A program made the position numbers and the translations under genes. Source: Octopus sinensis (Eukaryota). Taken from it: a stretch of DNA of 64,000 nucleotides. The notes under the pieces are model-generated. The model saw nothing but the letters and a program-made list of their open reading frames with translations. It was not told where the DNA came from and did not search any database. This document shows, in pieces, positions 30,633 to 44,502 of this stretch (the stretch's first letter is position 1; each line of letters starts with the position of its first letter). Where the stretch lies: NCBI RefSeq assembly GCF_006345805.1, contig NC_043003.1, forward strand, positions 56,482,001 through 56,546,000, written 5' to 3'.

Positions 30633-31017
30633 TTTTTTACTTGTTTCAGTCATTTGACTGCGGCCATGTTGGAACACCGCCTTTAGTCGAGCAAATCGAC
30701 CCCGGGACTTATTCTTTGTAAGCCCAGTACTTATTCTATCGGTCTCTTTTGCCGAACCGCTAGGTGACAGGGACGTAAACACACCAGCATCGGTTGTCAA
30801 GCAATGCTAGAGGGACAAACACAGACACACACACATATATATATGCATATACATGACAGGCTTCTTTCAGTTTCCGTCTACCAAATCCTCTCACAGGGCA
30901 TTGATCGGCCCGTGGCTATAGCAGAAGACACTTGCCCAAGATGCCACGCAGTGGGACTGAACCCGGAACCATGTGGTTGGTAAGCAAACTACTTACCACA
31001 CAGCCACTCCTGCGCCT
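30633..31017 (-). mobile_element. SINE family A, full-length reference copy
   Basis: Minus strand: A-box tggctgtgtgg, B-box-like ggttcagtccc, CORE-like cttgggcaagtgtctt, internal microsatellite, 3' hairpin cagtc-aaat-gactg, A-rich tail. Confidence 0.92.
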
Positions 31018-31018
31018 A

Positions 31019-31234
31019 TACGAGGGAATACTGAATAGTTCCTTACTTGAAGGGTATCGCCACAGGCTTGGTCGAAGGCCCACATTCTCAGTCTTTTTAC
31101 CGAGCTTAGACAAATTGTAGGACCTCTGGAATAGGTGTGTATATCTCAGAGGGGAATATATTGAGTAAATCATAACTAACTGATCCGCCTGTATTTTTTT
31201 ATCCTAAGCCATGAACTTTTCAACCACCCACGCA
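31019..31234 (+). mobile_element. Mariner internal-deletion derivative
   Basis: Degenerate TIRs tacgagggaatactgaatagttcc / rc tgcgtgggtggttgaaaagttcatgg. 31127-31168 encodes WNRCVYLRGEYIE*, typical of a mariner transposase C-terminus. Confidence 0.72.
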
Positions 31235-31640
31235 CTTCTTGTATGTTCATGTATGTATGTATGTATGTATGTATGTATGTATTTATGTATGTAAGTATGT
31301 ATGTATGTGTGTGTATGTATGTATATATGTATGTATGTATAGTGATTGCTCACACTTAACAGACGATCGACATCACTTTGTACAGTTTCGTTGCCAATGG
31401 CAGTTCTTACTTCTAGTCCGCGATATATCAGATGAACGTTCAGGCTTGCTGCAGGTTTGCGTGGTTAGAAGTATATGTGACACATGAATGATGCAATTTA
31501 GTGCACGCTTAGGGCTAGTTGGGTGTGCACACGTGCACAGATAACCAACCTCCCATCGTCAAAGAGCCTTGAGTTGATTAAATGAGAAAACAGTTCTTCA
31601 CCCTCAGGATATATCTGTACGGTATTAAATTACATATACC

Positions 31641-31741
<101 letters not shown>

Positions 31742-32074
31742 CAGAGTGTGTATGTATATGAGTGCTTTCCAAGAGTATTCGACTGTAATTTTCCATAGAA
31801 AACTAATGCCAGATGGGTAAAAATCTTTTGACTGGGACGTGATGCGACCCATCCTGCGCATACGTGAAAATTTCGACGCCGGTAGGACGTGACATTTCCT
31901 TGCTGTTTCGCCTTGAATATAGACATGTAGTGTGCACTCATCGTACACACACACATGTATATATATATCTATACATACGCATCTATATATATACACATGT
32001 GTGTATATATATATATGTATATATATACATATATATATGTATGTATGTGTGTGTGTGTGTGTATGTGTGTGTAT

Positions 32075-32270
32075 ATCAAGGTATAAATCATGGTCATATT
32101 CTATTATTGTAGTAAATGAGAAACCAGATTGGAAATTTCCCCAAGACACCTGATGAAGGCTGGAGAGTATATCAGCCGAAACGTTGTGTCAACAACAAAG
32201 AAGAAGAACAATATCCGTTAAATGTAAATAATGTAAATAATGTACATAATTCTGAATCTCTTAAATACAG
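32075..32270 (+). mobile_element. Penelope-like pLTR/tail fragment
   Basis: Contains the hammerhead motif at 32145-32190 and starts at a TG/TA microsatellite. Confidence 0.6.
32145..32190 (+). ncRNA. Minimal type I hammerhead ribozyme motif with intact CUGAUGA core
   Basis: GACAC-CTGATGA-A-GGCTG-GAGAGTATAT-CAGCC-GAAA-CG-TT-GTGTC: stem I GACAC/GTGTC, stem II GGCTG/CAGCC, palindromic ACGT in place of stem III. Confidence 0.72.
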
Positions 32271-33870
32271 AACAGTAAATTCAACTTACAGCTGTTTCCG
32301 ATTATCATTATTGGTTCATTTATTGATCGGTTTACTCAATCAGTTCATTGATCAGTTGAGAAAAATTGAACGACAAGAAGCGACGAGTTGGAAAAAAGAG
32401 AAAGACTAAACGGGGAAGTCAATATTTATATAGATAGATATAGAGAGAGGGGGAGAGTGAGATACATAAAGAGATGTGATAATGGAAAACAAGCCATCAT
32501 TGTGAAAGCCATAAAAATATATGACAATGAAAATAGATTCTTCTTGGTCTTACGGATGTAAATGTTCTATATTTTGCATACAAATGCAGAATACACCGTA
32601 TTTTTACTCCTTCACCTTAGTCGATTCTGTATTTGTGCTCATAAAAATAATTCGGGGAAATGGTCGCTTTAATATTATTACGCAGCAAAGAAATTCCCTG
32701 TGGTAACCACATATTACCGCCGTACACTTTCCCAGTTACTGAACGCAAGGAAATACTATATTTTCTCAATATACATTTGTAAATGTATGAAGGTATCATG
32801 GGTTTCCACTATTGGCTTACATTCGCTAATTTCCACATGACCGATCGCAGAAACGCCATCTCCAAAGCCACTGTATCCTCAAGTTACAAGTTCCATAATG
32901 TCAGCTGGCAAATTATATTTTCTTAAACGTTAAAGATCAAAGGATCAAAAGATTTCGAAAGTAGGGTTGCAAGGCTCTTCGGCATTGAGGTGTAAATTAA
33001 AACCTATTTCACAGAATACATTATAGAATTTAAATCTTTTCATTTATTTGCGACCAGGGATCTTTGATTCATAGAAAAACATGTAACAAAGGGGTTATAC
33101 AACATGTGTGTAGATGTATACATGAAGTTACTTAAAAACGAGGCGTAGAGAAATCGTTAGGGAATATGCAATGTTAAACATTTGCTACAAATAAATGCAG
33201 AGAATATGCATGGATTACATATACATATGTACGTATGTACATGCCTTCATGATTACATACGTACATGCGTGCGTGTGTACATACAACATGCATACATATA
33301 TACGTACGTATGCACATACATATAGAAATGCAAAGGCGTACGCATTCCTAAATAACTTATACAAATGTGTGTGTGTGTGTGCGCGCGTGCCTTCATGCAT
33401 CTAATATATATCTTTGTGGATTTGTGGAAAGATTGTTGACATTAAAGCTCGAAAAAAATTGTCAGCATTCTCTACATCCTCACACACACATGAATGAGAA
33501 GAAGCCATCTAGGTTTGATAACGCTCCATACATCTATCCGCTTTCTCCTCCTTGTGTTGGAGAGAGAACATTCAAATAATGCAGAAACCTTTCACCGTGA
33601 AAAGAAGAAAAGAAATCATTTTCGTATTTTTGCATGAAATGTGCTGTGATGTAAGTCCTCTCTTAGCGGAGTTCCACGAAATGTAACCGTTTGCAGAAAA
33701 CAAAAACAATGACAATCACAGTTCCATATTTGTTTTAAAAATCGGTGGTACACCTCTCATAAAATTGTCGGTACAAGGCTGGTGATTTTAATAGACTTGT
33801 CATAGAATGTACCATCGGTAGCACTTCACTTACGAGTGCATTTTTTTTATTAACCCCTTGAAAAAATAGG

Positions 33871-34190
33871 ATTTATTTATTTATTTATGCGCCCGTTTCA
33901 AGCCTAGTCAGGCTCATGGGCCCGGTTTCCCGGCTTCCATGGATCATGTGCCCCCCTCCCTCAGCTGGACGGGACACCAGTCCATATCTGCGTTACTCAA
34001 GAAACAGGAAGAAAGAGTGAGAGAAAGTTAGGGCGAAAGAGTACAACAGGGGTCGCCACCACCCCCTACCGGAGCCTCGTGAAGCCCTTTTTAGGTGTTT
34101 TCGCTCAATAAACACACACAACGCCCGCACTGGGAAATGAAACCGCGATCCTCCTACAGCGAATTCAAAACGTAGAGTCTCGCCACAAAA
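33871..34190 (-). mobile_element. SINE family D (tRNA head, V-like domain, (TAAA)n tail)
   Basis: (ATTT)n at 33871-33888, ggacgggacaccagtccat tail motif, degraded B-box region near 34135-34150. Confidence 0.65.
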
Positions 34191-34597
34191 ACCACATGAC
34201 ATTATTTCCGATGCTACAGCGATTTTGCTCTCCACCGCCAGGTCAAGAGGAAGAAGGCATCGTTATCCTTGGTTAGCCGGCATCCTGGTGTCGCGACAAA
34301 AGAAAAAGAAGAAAATTTGGGGCAATTATGCCAGGTTATCATCTCAGTCGTGTTTATCAGTATAATATTAGATAAATATTCCTAACACGACCGCGTTAAT
34401 TAGAATAAATTGTCAAGTGACTTTCGTTCAACAGGTTGGGCTTAGTCGTTATTCAACTAAGGTTGCACGGATTAGAATTTGGTCGCTTTGTAAATATAAA
34501 TAGAGGAATTTTAAGTAGAAGAGCAAGCCTAGCGAAATAGATCCAAACAATGAATAATATTGGAACACACGCGAACGCATAGCCACTGGGTTATATA

Positions 34598-34694
<97 letters not shown>

Positions 34695-35584
34695 GGAGAG
34701 CAATGGGGAGAGAAAGAGAGAGACAAATGTTCGCTGACACAGAACAAAGAGGTATAGATAAAAGAAATTCAAATGTAGTAAAATGAATGCTTCTCCCATT
34801 TGAAACTGAAAGAATCGTCAGAAGATTGAAAGATGAAGAATATGGTTACACAGGAGAAGAAATTAAACAAGGAAGAGGAAAAGATCAATGACACACAGGA
34901 GAAAAGAAGTAGTAGTGAGGGTGACAATAAGTTTTATCGCATGGCGGGAAACGATATAAGAGAAGGCGAAAGGAACATACTTTAATATATAAACGAGACA
35001 AGAAATAAGGATTGAACGAGATTACCAGCTTTGAGATGAATCGAAATTGAAAAATGACGAAAAGCAGTGAAGAAAATTGATACACCTCATGCAAAAAATT
35101 GAATTTGAGAATATACCAAATGTAACTGGCCTCATATAAGCATAGTACGGGGGGAAAACTGAATTGTGAGTTAAGCTGAGTAGCTCAATAAAGTTCTTAG
35201 AGTGATAGATGGTGTAACGGAAAAGAGGACACCGAAGGAGTGATGGAAGGACGAGCTACTAGGCAAGTATAACATGACGCACAGACGGTTATAGGTTGCC
35301 AACAACAAATAACAAATACGTATCCGTAGAACAAGCTCTCCAGAAACAATGAAAGCGAATTTAACCAACAACAGGGCAATGAGAATGCGCATTAGAGAAT
35401 AATATACCAAACACAGAAACAAGAAATATTTGATCACGTATTGGAAATAAGAACGGTGTAAGAAAATACGAAAGCAGACTGATTATAAGAGTTTAAAATA
35501 AAAGTGGTGAATAGCCGTAACGAAACAATACAAATTTTACGAAAGAAAATCTATAACAAATCAGATGATTTAATGATGCGGAAG

Positions 35585-35750
35585 TGGAAAGATCCTGGAA
35601 GTGATGATGCCCAGTGATTCTGGTCTAAAACTCTATTACGTATGCTCAGTTATATGTAACAGCTTCTTATTTAATTTTTAAAAAAATGGAATACTAACAT
35701 GGATGACAAAGAAAGGCACTGTCAATACAGAAGGATAATAAACGGGGAAA
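35585..35750 (+). pseudogene. Decayed RT fragment of an R4/R2-superfamily non-LTR element
   Basis: WKDPGSDDAQ*FWSKTL and, with frameshifts, TWMTK(K)GTV.IQKDNKRG match the WKAPGxD..FW and WxTxGRTxLIxK motifs. Confidence 0.55.
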
Positions 35751-37599
35751 AAAGCTTGCTTAACATTGCTCAGGAAGTCGCTACCAGATCAGGTGGTACG
35801 ATGAATAGTATAACTCTCCAAGGAAGAAAAGTATGTTGCCGAAAGAAAGATACAAAAAGAAATCAAGGGAAACAGTAAGTGCATTTCAGGACAGATAAGA
35901 AAGACGTAACGAGGTTCGTGTCTGAGAACACTCGGGGCCATGAAAACATTTGTTTAGAAAAATGAAGCAAAAGTTCGAAAGTGAATAATTATGAAAAGTG
36001 AAAATAGTGACCAATATATCTGAGGAAGATACCCGCTCTCCATTAATATCCCTGAACACTTTCATTCCTTTTATAAGCAAGCTGAAAAAATATGTGTATA
36101 AACAACGTAGAGCGCTTGATTAATTTTACTTAGAACTGGAAGAAAATTATACAGGGAAAATAAAGATTAAGAAAAAGGAATTCTATTTTTTAAACTCTGA
36201 GAATATTTAACAAAGATAAGCGCATGCATGATAAATGGTAGAATGGTACTGAAAAGTTGATATGTTATTTGAAGCACAACAAAAGAAATACGAGATATCC
36301 CTCGGAATAGGGTAAACTGGTTAACAACAGCTTGGTTTATTATAAAGTAGCACTAAATAGAATACAGAGAAAGAAATGCATGTATCACATGAGACTATTT
36401 GAAAAGCATTGGTTTGCGGTACCCATGCGTATGTTTACCACTTCCGCAGAAATGTACCAGTGAAAACAATACACATACACACTGTACATATATATACATA
36501 TATATTCTAATACACACACAGACACACAAACGTGTGTGTATCTATGTGTGTACGTATGTGTGTTTTGTGTTAGTTCTTGTCCCTCATCAGCGAGAGACAG
36601 GCGGTTTGGTTTGCTTACGTCTCTGTATTTTAGCTGTGTGGCATGACACCAAGAGAATACATATCAGGCTTTAAAAAAACACGTACGTACTTACGGTCAT
36701 GCATACATACATAGATACATACGTACCTCCATCCATCCGTCCATCCATCCTTCCATCCATCCATCCAGCCATCAATCCACACACACACGCATACACACAC
36801 ATACATGCGCGCGCGCACACACACACAATCATTTATCGTTCTGTGTGTAAGGGTAAACTGAACATTTACAGGCTCGGTGGTAACGACTACATTTAGATTC
36901 GAATTTAGGATGTACAGAACTACCGAATTCCACTTCTCTTGTCCATAGTGTACCAATTCCACCGTATTCTACTCAAAAATAATGATCAAGATAGTAATGA
37001 CACGAGAGACCACCATGCTCTGTGAATATATTATGCCTATCAAAGAAAAAGAGAAATGAAAAACGAAATGAAAAGACAAAAAACGCCATTTTCTAGGCTT
37101 GAAAATGCATCAATATATATCATCGCCTGAGAGATATACACATAGGTACACACACATAGACACACACACACACACACAAAAGAAGCAAGACACAAAACTA
37201 GGTGCGAATACACAGACACAGAAGCACGCACAAACACACACACAAAAACACGTATACATACACACACGGCATAGGAAAAATGATATAGACAGATACTATA
37301 TGCAAGCTCATGAACACGTACATTTAACAGATGTATGTATATACACAATTACAAATAGTGGAAACACTAAAGAAAAGTAGGTGATACGTGGCAATACCAC
37401 TTGAGCTTGAGTTATAAATTGTTGTTTACACGTAATTGTGCCTGTATCCATTTAAGTTATGTATACACGCAAACACACACACACATATACACAAACAGAT
37501 ATATATAGAGATAGATAGATAGATAAATAAGTGTATATATACACACATACGCACATATATATATATATATCGACGTGCGTTTTGTACGACGCTGGGTAT

Positions 37600-38049
<450 letters not shown>

Positions 38050-40094
38050 CAGATGGATACATAGATATTACCTCTGGGTATATTTGTTGTTCATTTTGAT
38101 TTTATACATATATATATATATATATCACATTTAGCCTTACACAGTTTATATTTCCAACAGGTGTGGGAATAAGTGTGTGTGCGTGTGTTCTTGTGTGTAT
38201 GCTTGTCTGTTTGTGTGTGAGAAGGACCGCTTGAATAAGGACTTACAGATAGAAGGGAAGCCTACGATACTGATATGTGTACGTAAGGAAACATGAAACT
38301 AAGTCGCATGCATACACTTCAGGGATATTTCTACTGACATCGATAGACATATAAAGCGAACGCATACATAAACACACACACGTCCGCACACGCAGAGTTA
38401 CTCACACGCACACACACACACACACAGACAAGCACGCAAAGGAACACACATTGCCACATTTACATAAGCACATTCATATTGTATGTGTGTGTGTGTGTGT
38501 TTAGGTGGACAAGATGTCGAGACGGATTGCTAGCATAACATTTCAAGGTAACGCTACACAGCCTAGATAAGGCAGCGTTTACTCAAATTAAACAAGAACA
38601 AATATAAACTTTCCAGACCGCCTCCAACACATGTACACATACGCACACATACACATAACACCCTTACAATCACAGTCACCACCACCACCACTAAAACTAC
38701 TACTAATACTACAACCACCACCACCACCACTACAACCATTATCCTTGCCTTCTCTTCCATTATCTAACTCCCAGACAGAGCAAACTCCTCCGTCGTCAGT
38801 CTCACCTTTTTGGGATTTCTTTTTAACTATTTCACTTAAAGATATGTCAACAAATAGTATTCATACACCCACGTATAGAATATCTGTACGTACAATATTA
38901 GATACGTATGTGTGTACGTAAGCGTATGAAAAAGACGTAGGTTGGTGAGATGGTGCCTGGAACGTCTTTAAGTCGCTTGGGATTTGCTATCCCGTTTATC
39001 TAACAGTTCATCTCAATTTCGCTATCAACACTGAATCTGTATTCTCTCTCCGCTTCTCTCTCTCTCTCTCTTTCTGTTTCTCTATAAGTACACACACGCA
39101 CGCATACGCAATCACAGATGCATTCACAAACACACATATATATATATATATATATATATCTGTGCGTGTGTGTGTTTGTGTATGGACGTGTGTCTGTGCC
39201 TGTGTGCGCGCGTGCTTCTGGATGCGTATGTTTGTATGTATATATATATGCACATACACTCGTAGTTACACGTGTGACAATCTGTCTCCTATTTCTTTCC
39301 CTCAAGTCCTCCCTCTCTCAGCTCAGCTCTCTGCTTCTCTCCCTCCTCTCCAGTTTTCTCGCTTTCCGTCTTTCTTTCTACTGTCAGATCATACGTTGTC
39401 CCGGGTACCTATCAGTTAGTTAAGTGCTTAGGTTTGTTCGTCACCATCGCACGTAAGGTTCAGAAGGTCCAATCACTTTCCTGTAAATAAGCACGGCGTC
39501 TTACTTACCTGCTAGAAATAGAAGCCAAATTCCATATTATCACATTCAGTAAACACCTTGTAAAATCTTATTTTAAAACATCGTTGAGTGATTTAGAAGC
39601 TTGGCTTCAAGCACACGGTTTCCAGTTCGGTTCAGCTGCGCAGCAACTTGGACAATTTATTGTCTACTGTACACCAGGGACTATCAATACCTTGTGAGTG
39701 AATTTGGTCGAGGAGAACTGTATGGAAGCCTGTGATATATGCGCGCGTATGTGAACCCACGCGTTCACACATGCCCGTTGACCAGTTTTTTTTTGTGTTT
39801 GTCCCATTCTCGCCACTTCACAACCGGTGCTGTATTTTGTACATTGACGATTTGGCAAAATGACAAAGAGTTGTAAGTACCAGCGTTAAATGATATGTAC
39901 TGGGGTCTATACCTTCTTCTAAACCAATCCCAAATTACTATGGTTGCTGCAAGTCCAATGTCTGAAACAAGTTTTATAAATTCTACTTTGTTTTTTCCTT
40001 CTTTTTCTTCTTTTAAATCAATTTTATACAAGATCACCATCGATAGTCTTATTTTATGATTCTGGTCTATATCGATAGATTTATTTTATTGGTT

Positions 40095-40493
40095 TACTTG
40101 ATTCAGTCATTTGACTGCAGCCATGCTGGAGCACCGCTTTTTGTCGAACAATTCGACCCAAGAACTTAATGTTTGTAAGCCTAGTATTTATTTTACCCAA
40201 CATTTTTGCCGAACCGCTAGGTTATGGGGACTTAAACAATAACATCGGCTGTCAAGCAATGAATGGGGGGGGACTAACACAGACACAGAAAAATACACAT
40301 GCACTTACATTCACACACACACCCATATCTATATATATATATATGCATATATACGACGGGCTTCTTTCAGTTTCCATCCACCAAATCTTCTCACAAGGCT
40401 TTGGTCGGCTCGAGACTTTAGTAGAAGACGCTCTGAACTCAGAACAGGGTGGTTGGGAAGCAAATTTCTTACCACAGAGCCACTCCTGCGCCT
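40095..40493 (-). mobile_element. SINE family A, near full length, diverged
   Basis: Colinear with 30633-31017, with a deletion in the CORE-like part. Confidence 0.85.
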
Positions 40494-43064
40494 TTGTCGA
40501 TGGTTGATGAAATTTTTAAAAATTATATAATGAGATGTATTATTATTAATAAGATTATGAATTCATGGTCACTAACCTCTTCCGCAGTGTGTATACTTAA
40601 AATAATTATATTTAATAGCCAGTTCATATCTCATTGTCATCATACGACTTAGTTAAAGCTTACTGTTTGTAGCGATATTTAAGCAAATTAATAATCGTCT
40701 CAAATGAATAATTGTACATAAGATTATATATCTGGAAACTATTCATTTTATATTTGGTGAATATAGTTTGCATACATTCTCGGTTTCGATAAATTGAATG
40801 CCTAATCTTTGTGGGGCCCCTTGTACATAGTCGCGTATAATTCATGCAATATTTATTTATTTGTAGACAAAAATGTTGCACTTTACATTTGGTTTTAAGT
40901 CAATAGATTAAAACTATGGTCTTTTTCTACAGCGGAAGTGAGCTAAAACATTGAAAATTAGCGTGCATGCAAACATCAGAGTTCAAGTTCAATCTGTGCC
41001 AGCTGTTTCACTTTGCATGCTTTAGTTTCGTTTCATTGGTAATTGACCGGATACGTATTGATCAGACTTCGTACATATACTCAGCGCTTCTTTTAGTTTC
41101 CGCTTACTAAATCTACTTAATATGATTTAATGGGCCCGTATCTTTGGCAGGGAACACTTGCCGAAAGTGCAACAACTTCGGAGAGAACCCGAAATATTGT
41201 GATTGAGAAAGAAACTTTTAAACACGGTCATAACAACGACTTAAGAGTGTTTATATATATATATATATATATGTATATATGTTGTAGGTATTCTCAATTT
41301 TGATGACTTGTTTACCGAGGACCTTCGATGAATGAAATATTATAATGATAATATTAACGGCAACCAGAATTAGCTTCAAAGGAAAATATATTTGACGCCA
41401 TTTGTGTCGCGTTGTTCGAAATACGTTACTATATATATTTATATGTCTACATGCGTATACATATATAAATGTATGTATATTTTCATACCTATATATATGC
41501 ACATATATATGCATATATATATGTGTGGGTGTGTTTTTGTGTGGTTATATATATAAGCACATATACATATATTTATATATATATATGCACACACATATAT
41601 ATATGCATAGACATATATATGTATACATACATACATATATATGGGTATATATATATATATACGCACACACACTCACGGACACAAATATACACGCGCGCAC
41701 ATACACACACACACATACACACTCACGCATATATCATATACATTCTGTTTCTATATTTCATTTTGTTCGTATATCCACATTCTTTCTTGTCTAGTTTGTC
41801 TTTGTGTCTTGACCGTCCATTATTCATCTTGCCTTGAATATTATTTCGTTTCTATTTTATATATTACGTATTCATTTCATATTTGTATGTTTCCTTTCTG
41901 TCATGTTTGATCCCCTGTCCGTTGGTTCACTATATCCTGGCAGTTTCTTGTCATTGGCGCAACCAATATTATCGTTGTAGGTTCGAAATCGCGAAGATCA
42001 TTTGGACGATCACAAATGAGGGTTTGTCGAACTTCTGAGTTTGCTCTCCGTTTATTGGTGCTTATATGTATTACGTGATTTCTAAACTTATGCTATATAT
42101 ATATATATAGAGAGAGAGAGAGAAAGAGAGAGAGAGATTGATATATAGATAGATTATACATACATATATATATATATTTATATATATATATATATATACA
42201 TGCATACGTACATATATATATCTATATATCTATATATATATGTATATATACATACATGTATGTATATGTACGTATATACATATATAAATACATATATGTA
42301 TGTATATGTACTTATATATATATGCATGTATGTAGCTATTTGCACATATACGTAAACACCACCATATACACACACGCACACATACACACTCTCACACACG
42401 CACATATATATTAACTTATGTCTGTCACGTACACAGACGTACGGCTAAAATGAATATATAAGGCTGAAATCTGTTTAGATTTGGTCGACCTATTTGGATA
42501 AACATAACAGAGGAATGTTATTGTATTGATAACAAATAAAACAAGACGAAAAGATGCCAATTAGCACAATCGGCGGTTTTCACACCGCAACATATATTTC
42601 AAATAAATTCCTGCACACAAAATTATCCTGAGCAAATTAGACAAACAAAAACAAAAGAGCGGAATATATTTTTGATCAGAAACAAAGCACAGCAAAACGG
42701 CTCAACATCTGTTAGTGCAAATTATGAACACGGCGATCGTAAATTATATGCGTTTCTCTGCTAAATATATATTAATTTATTTGTTGTTGTGAACCATTGA
42801 TTTTTACATAAATGAATCAACGTTGTCGTTCGTCATAAATCTTGTCTATCTACCTGCCGAATTATTATTTGCCGATAATCACCTGAGCGTATCGAGAACA
42901 TCATAGGGCATCATAACGGAGACACGGTTTTAGCTGTTTGGGAAAGAAATGACTATACAAAATTCGTTAAGTAAGCCAATATCGTTGCTCGGAAACCTAC
43001 TGAATCTACTGCTACTTACACGGTTCTGTTGTTACTACTACAACGACTACTACTACTGCTGCTG

Positions 43065-43099
<35 letters not shown>

Positions 43100-43106
43100 G
43101 CTGCTG

Positions 43107-43139
<33 letters not shown>

Positions 43140-43141
<2 letters not shown>

Positions 43142-43440
43142 GGACTCTGCCGTCGGAGACAATGAATGGGCGTTCAGCTGTGCCGATAGACCTGCACAAA
43201 TGTTTTGTTTATAGTGGTCAAGCATATGTGTGGTACATTAACTGACTCCCTTAATGAAATCGCCGTTGCCTGAACAGGTGCATGGTGTACTACACGTCGG
43301 GTGTGGCAGTGATCGCAGAGCAGCCTTAGATGGAGCGTTTTGCTTAAGAAAACAACGCGGCACCCAGTCTAGGAACTGATAACTAGGCCTTGCGCCCTCA
43401 TCACATGGCCAGGCACCCTAATCAATAGGTCATATGTCCT
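43140..43440 (-). mobile_element. tRNA/V-like SINE with (AGT)n tail
   Basis: Minus strand: degraded A-box, gcgttgttttcttaagcaaaacgctccatct domain; runs into (TAC)n at 43030-43140. Confidence 0.55.
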
Positions 43441-43446
43441 CATTTG

Positions 43447-43481
<35 letters not shown>

Positions 43482-43613
43482 TACTACAACTGCTGCTGCT
43501 ACTATTATTACTTGTATTACTACTACTACTACTACAACTGCTGCTGCTACTAGTGTTACTTGTATTACTACTACTACTACTACTACTACTACTAACAACA
43601 ATAATAATAATAA

Positions 43614-44425
43614 CGGACAATTTCATAGGGATATTGAAGATAAGACAGACGGAGAAAAAATATGGCTGTGGATGACTAAAAGTGATTTAAAACGGGAAAT
43701 GGAGGCGCTAATCTATGCTGCCTAAGAGCAACTTCTGAGAACAAACTGCATAAAATACAGAATAGACAACAGATCAGAAGGTGAGAAGTGCAGAATCTGT
43801 GGACAAAATGGTGAAACCATATGGCATGTTACCAGACAATGTACGCCACTAGCGCAGAAGGAATATGAGACACCACGAAATTATAGCAAGGCTTGTCTAC
43901 TGGACACTTTGCAACGAGTATGAACTTGACAGAACAAAAATTTGGTACGACCCCAAGCCCGAAGGCATCATCGAAAATAATAATGCAAAGATCCTATGTA
44001 ATTTTTTGGTTCAGTGCGACCATGAGATAGAGAATAGGGAGCCAGACATAGTCTTAATTGAGAAAGAAAACAACCTATGCTGGATCATAGATATAGCATG
44101 CCCAGCTGACAACAAGGTATGCGATGAAGAAGAAAGAAAAGTCGATAGATATGACAGGTTAGCTTGGGAGGTTAAGCAGTTGTGGTCGATGAAAAAGGTG
44201 GTAGTAGTACCAATAACTGTCGGAGCCCTGGGAACCGTGAGTAAGAATCTTGAGAAGTACATGGAACAAATACAATAAAGGTGGAACACTTGCAGAAAAC
44301 AGCACTGCTTGGAACAGCACGAATACTCCGGATGGTTCTCCAAAATATGATGTGTTACCTTAGTTCACTGGTAGTGAACAGCCGACACCGTAGTACATCT
44401 CCAGCGTTAGAAGCTGTGCTAAGGC
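43614..44425 (+). mobile_element. 5'-truncated R4/Dong-like non-LTR retrotransposon (CCHC finger, restriction-like endonuclease, 3' UTR)
   Basis: GQFHR..., CRICGQNGETIWHVTRQC (43789-43842), RHHE, REPDIV, IIDIACP, KVDRY, LQKTALLGTARILRMVL. 3' UTR hairpin gttcact-ggt-agtgaac (44363-44379). Flanked by (TAA)n on both sides. Confidence 0.88.
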
Positions 44426-44429
44426 AATA

Positions 44430-44500
<71 letters not shown>
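44426..44500. repeat. (TAA)n tract (element tail or target site)
   Basis: About 25 units. Confidence 0.95.

Positions 44501-44502
<2 letters not shown>

Noticed and set aside
32821-32904. In-frame TGA followed by GY (selenoprotein-like)
   Set aside because: No CxxU motif and no SECIS seen; chance is more likely.
36800-37010. Short open frames ([10 protein letters not shown]... on minus; [12 protein letters not shown]... on plus)
   Set aside because: The two readings are mutually incompatible, lack convincing splice sites or flanking RT motifs, and cannot be supported.
39500-39530. Perfect minus-strand donor CAG|gtaagt
   Set aside because: It appears to lie in a dispersed repeat (related ctagaa(a/g)tag sequence near 20200), and no open upstream exon was identified.
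40664-40731. Candidate exon resembling a myosin-head segment (TIIxxLxxRY)
   Set aside because: Very AT-rich, short match, and no adjacent myosin exons found.
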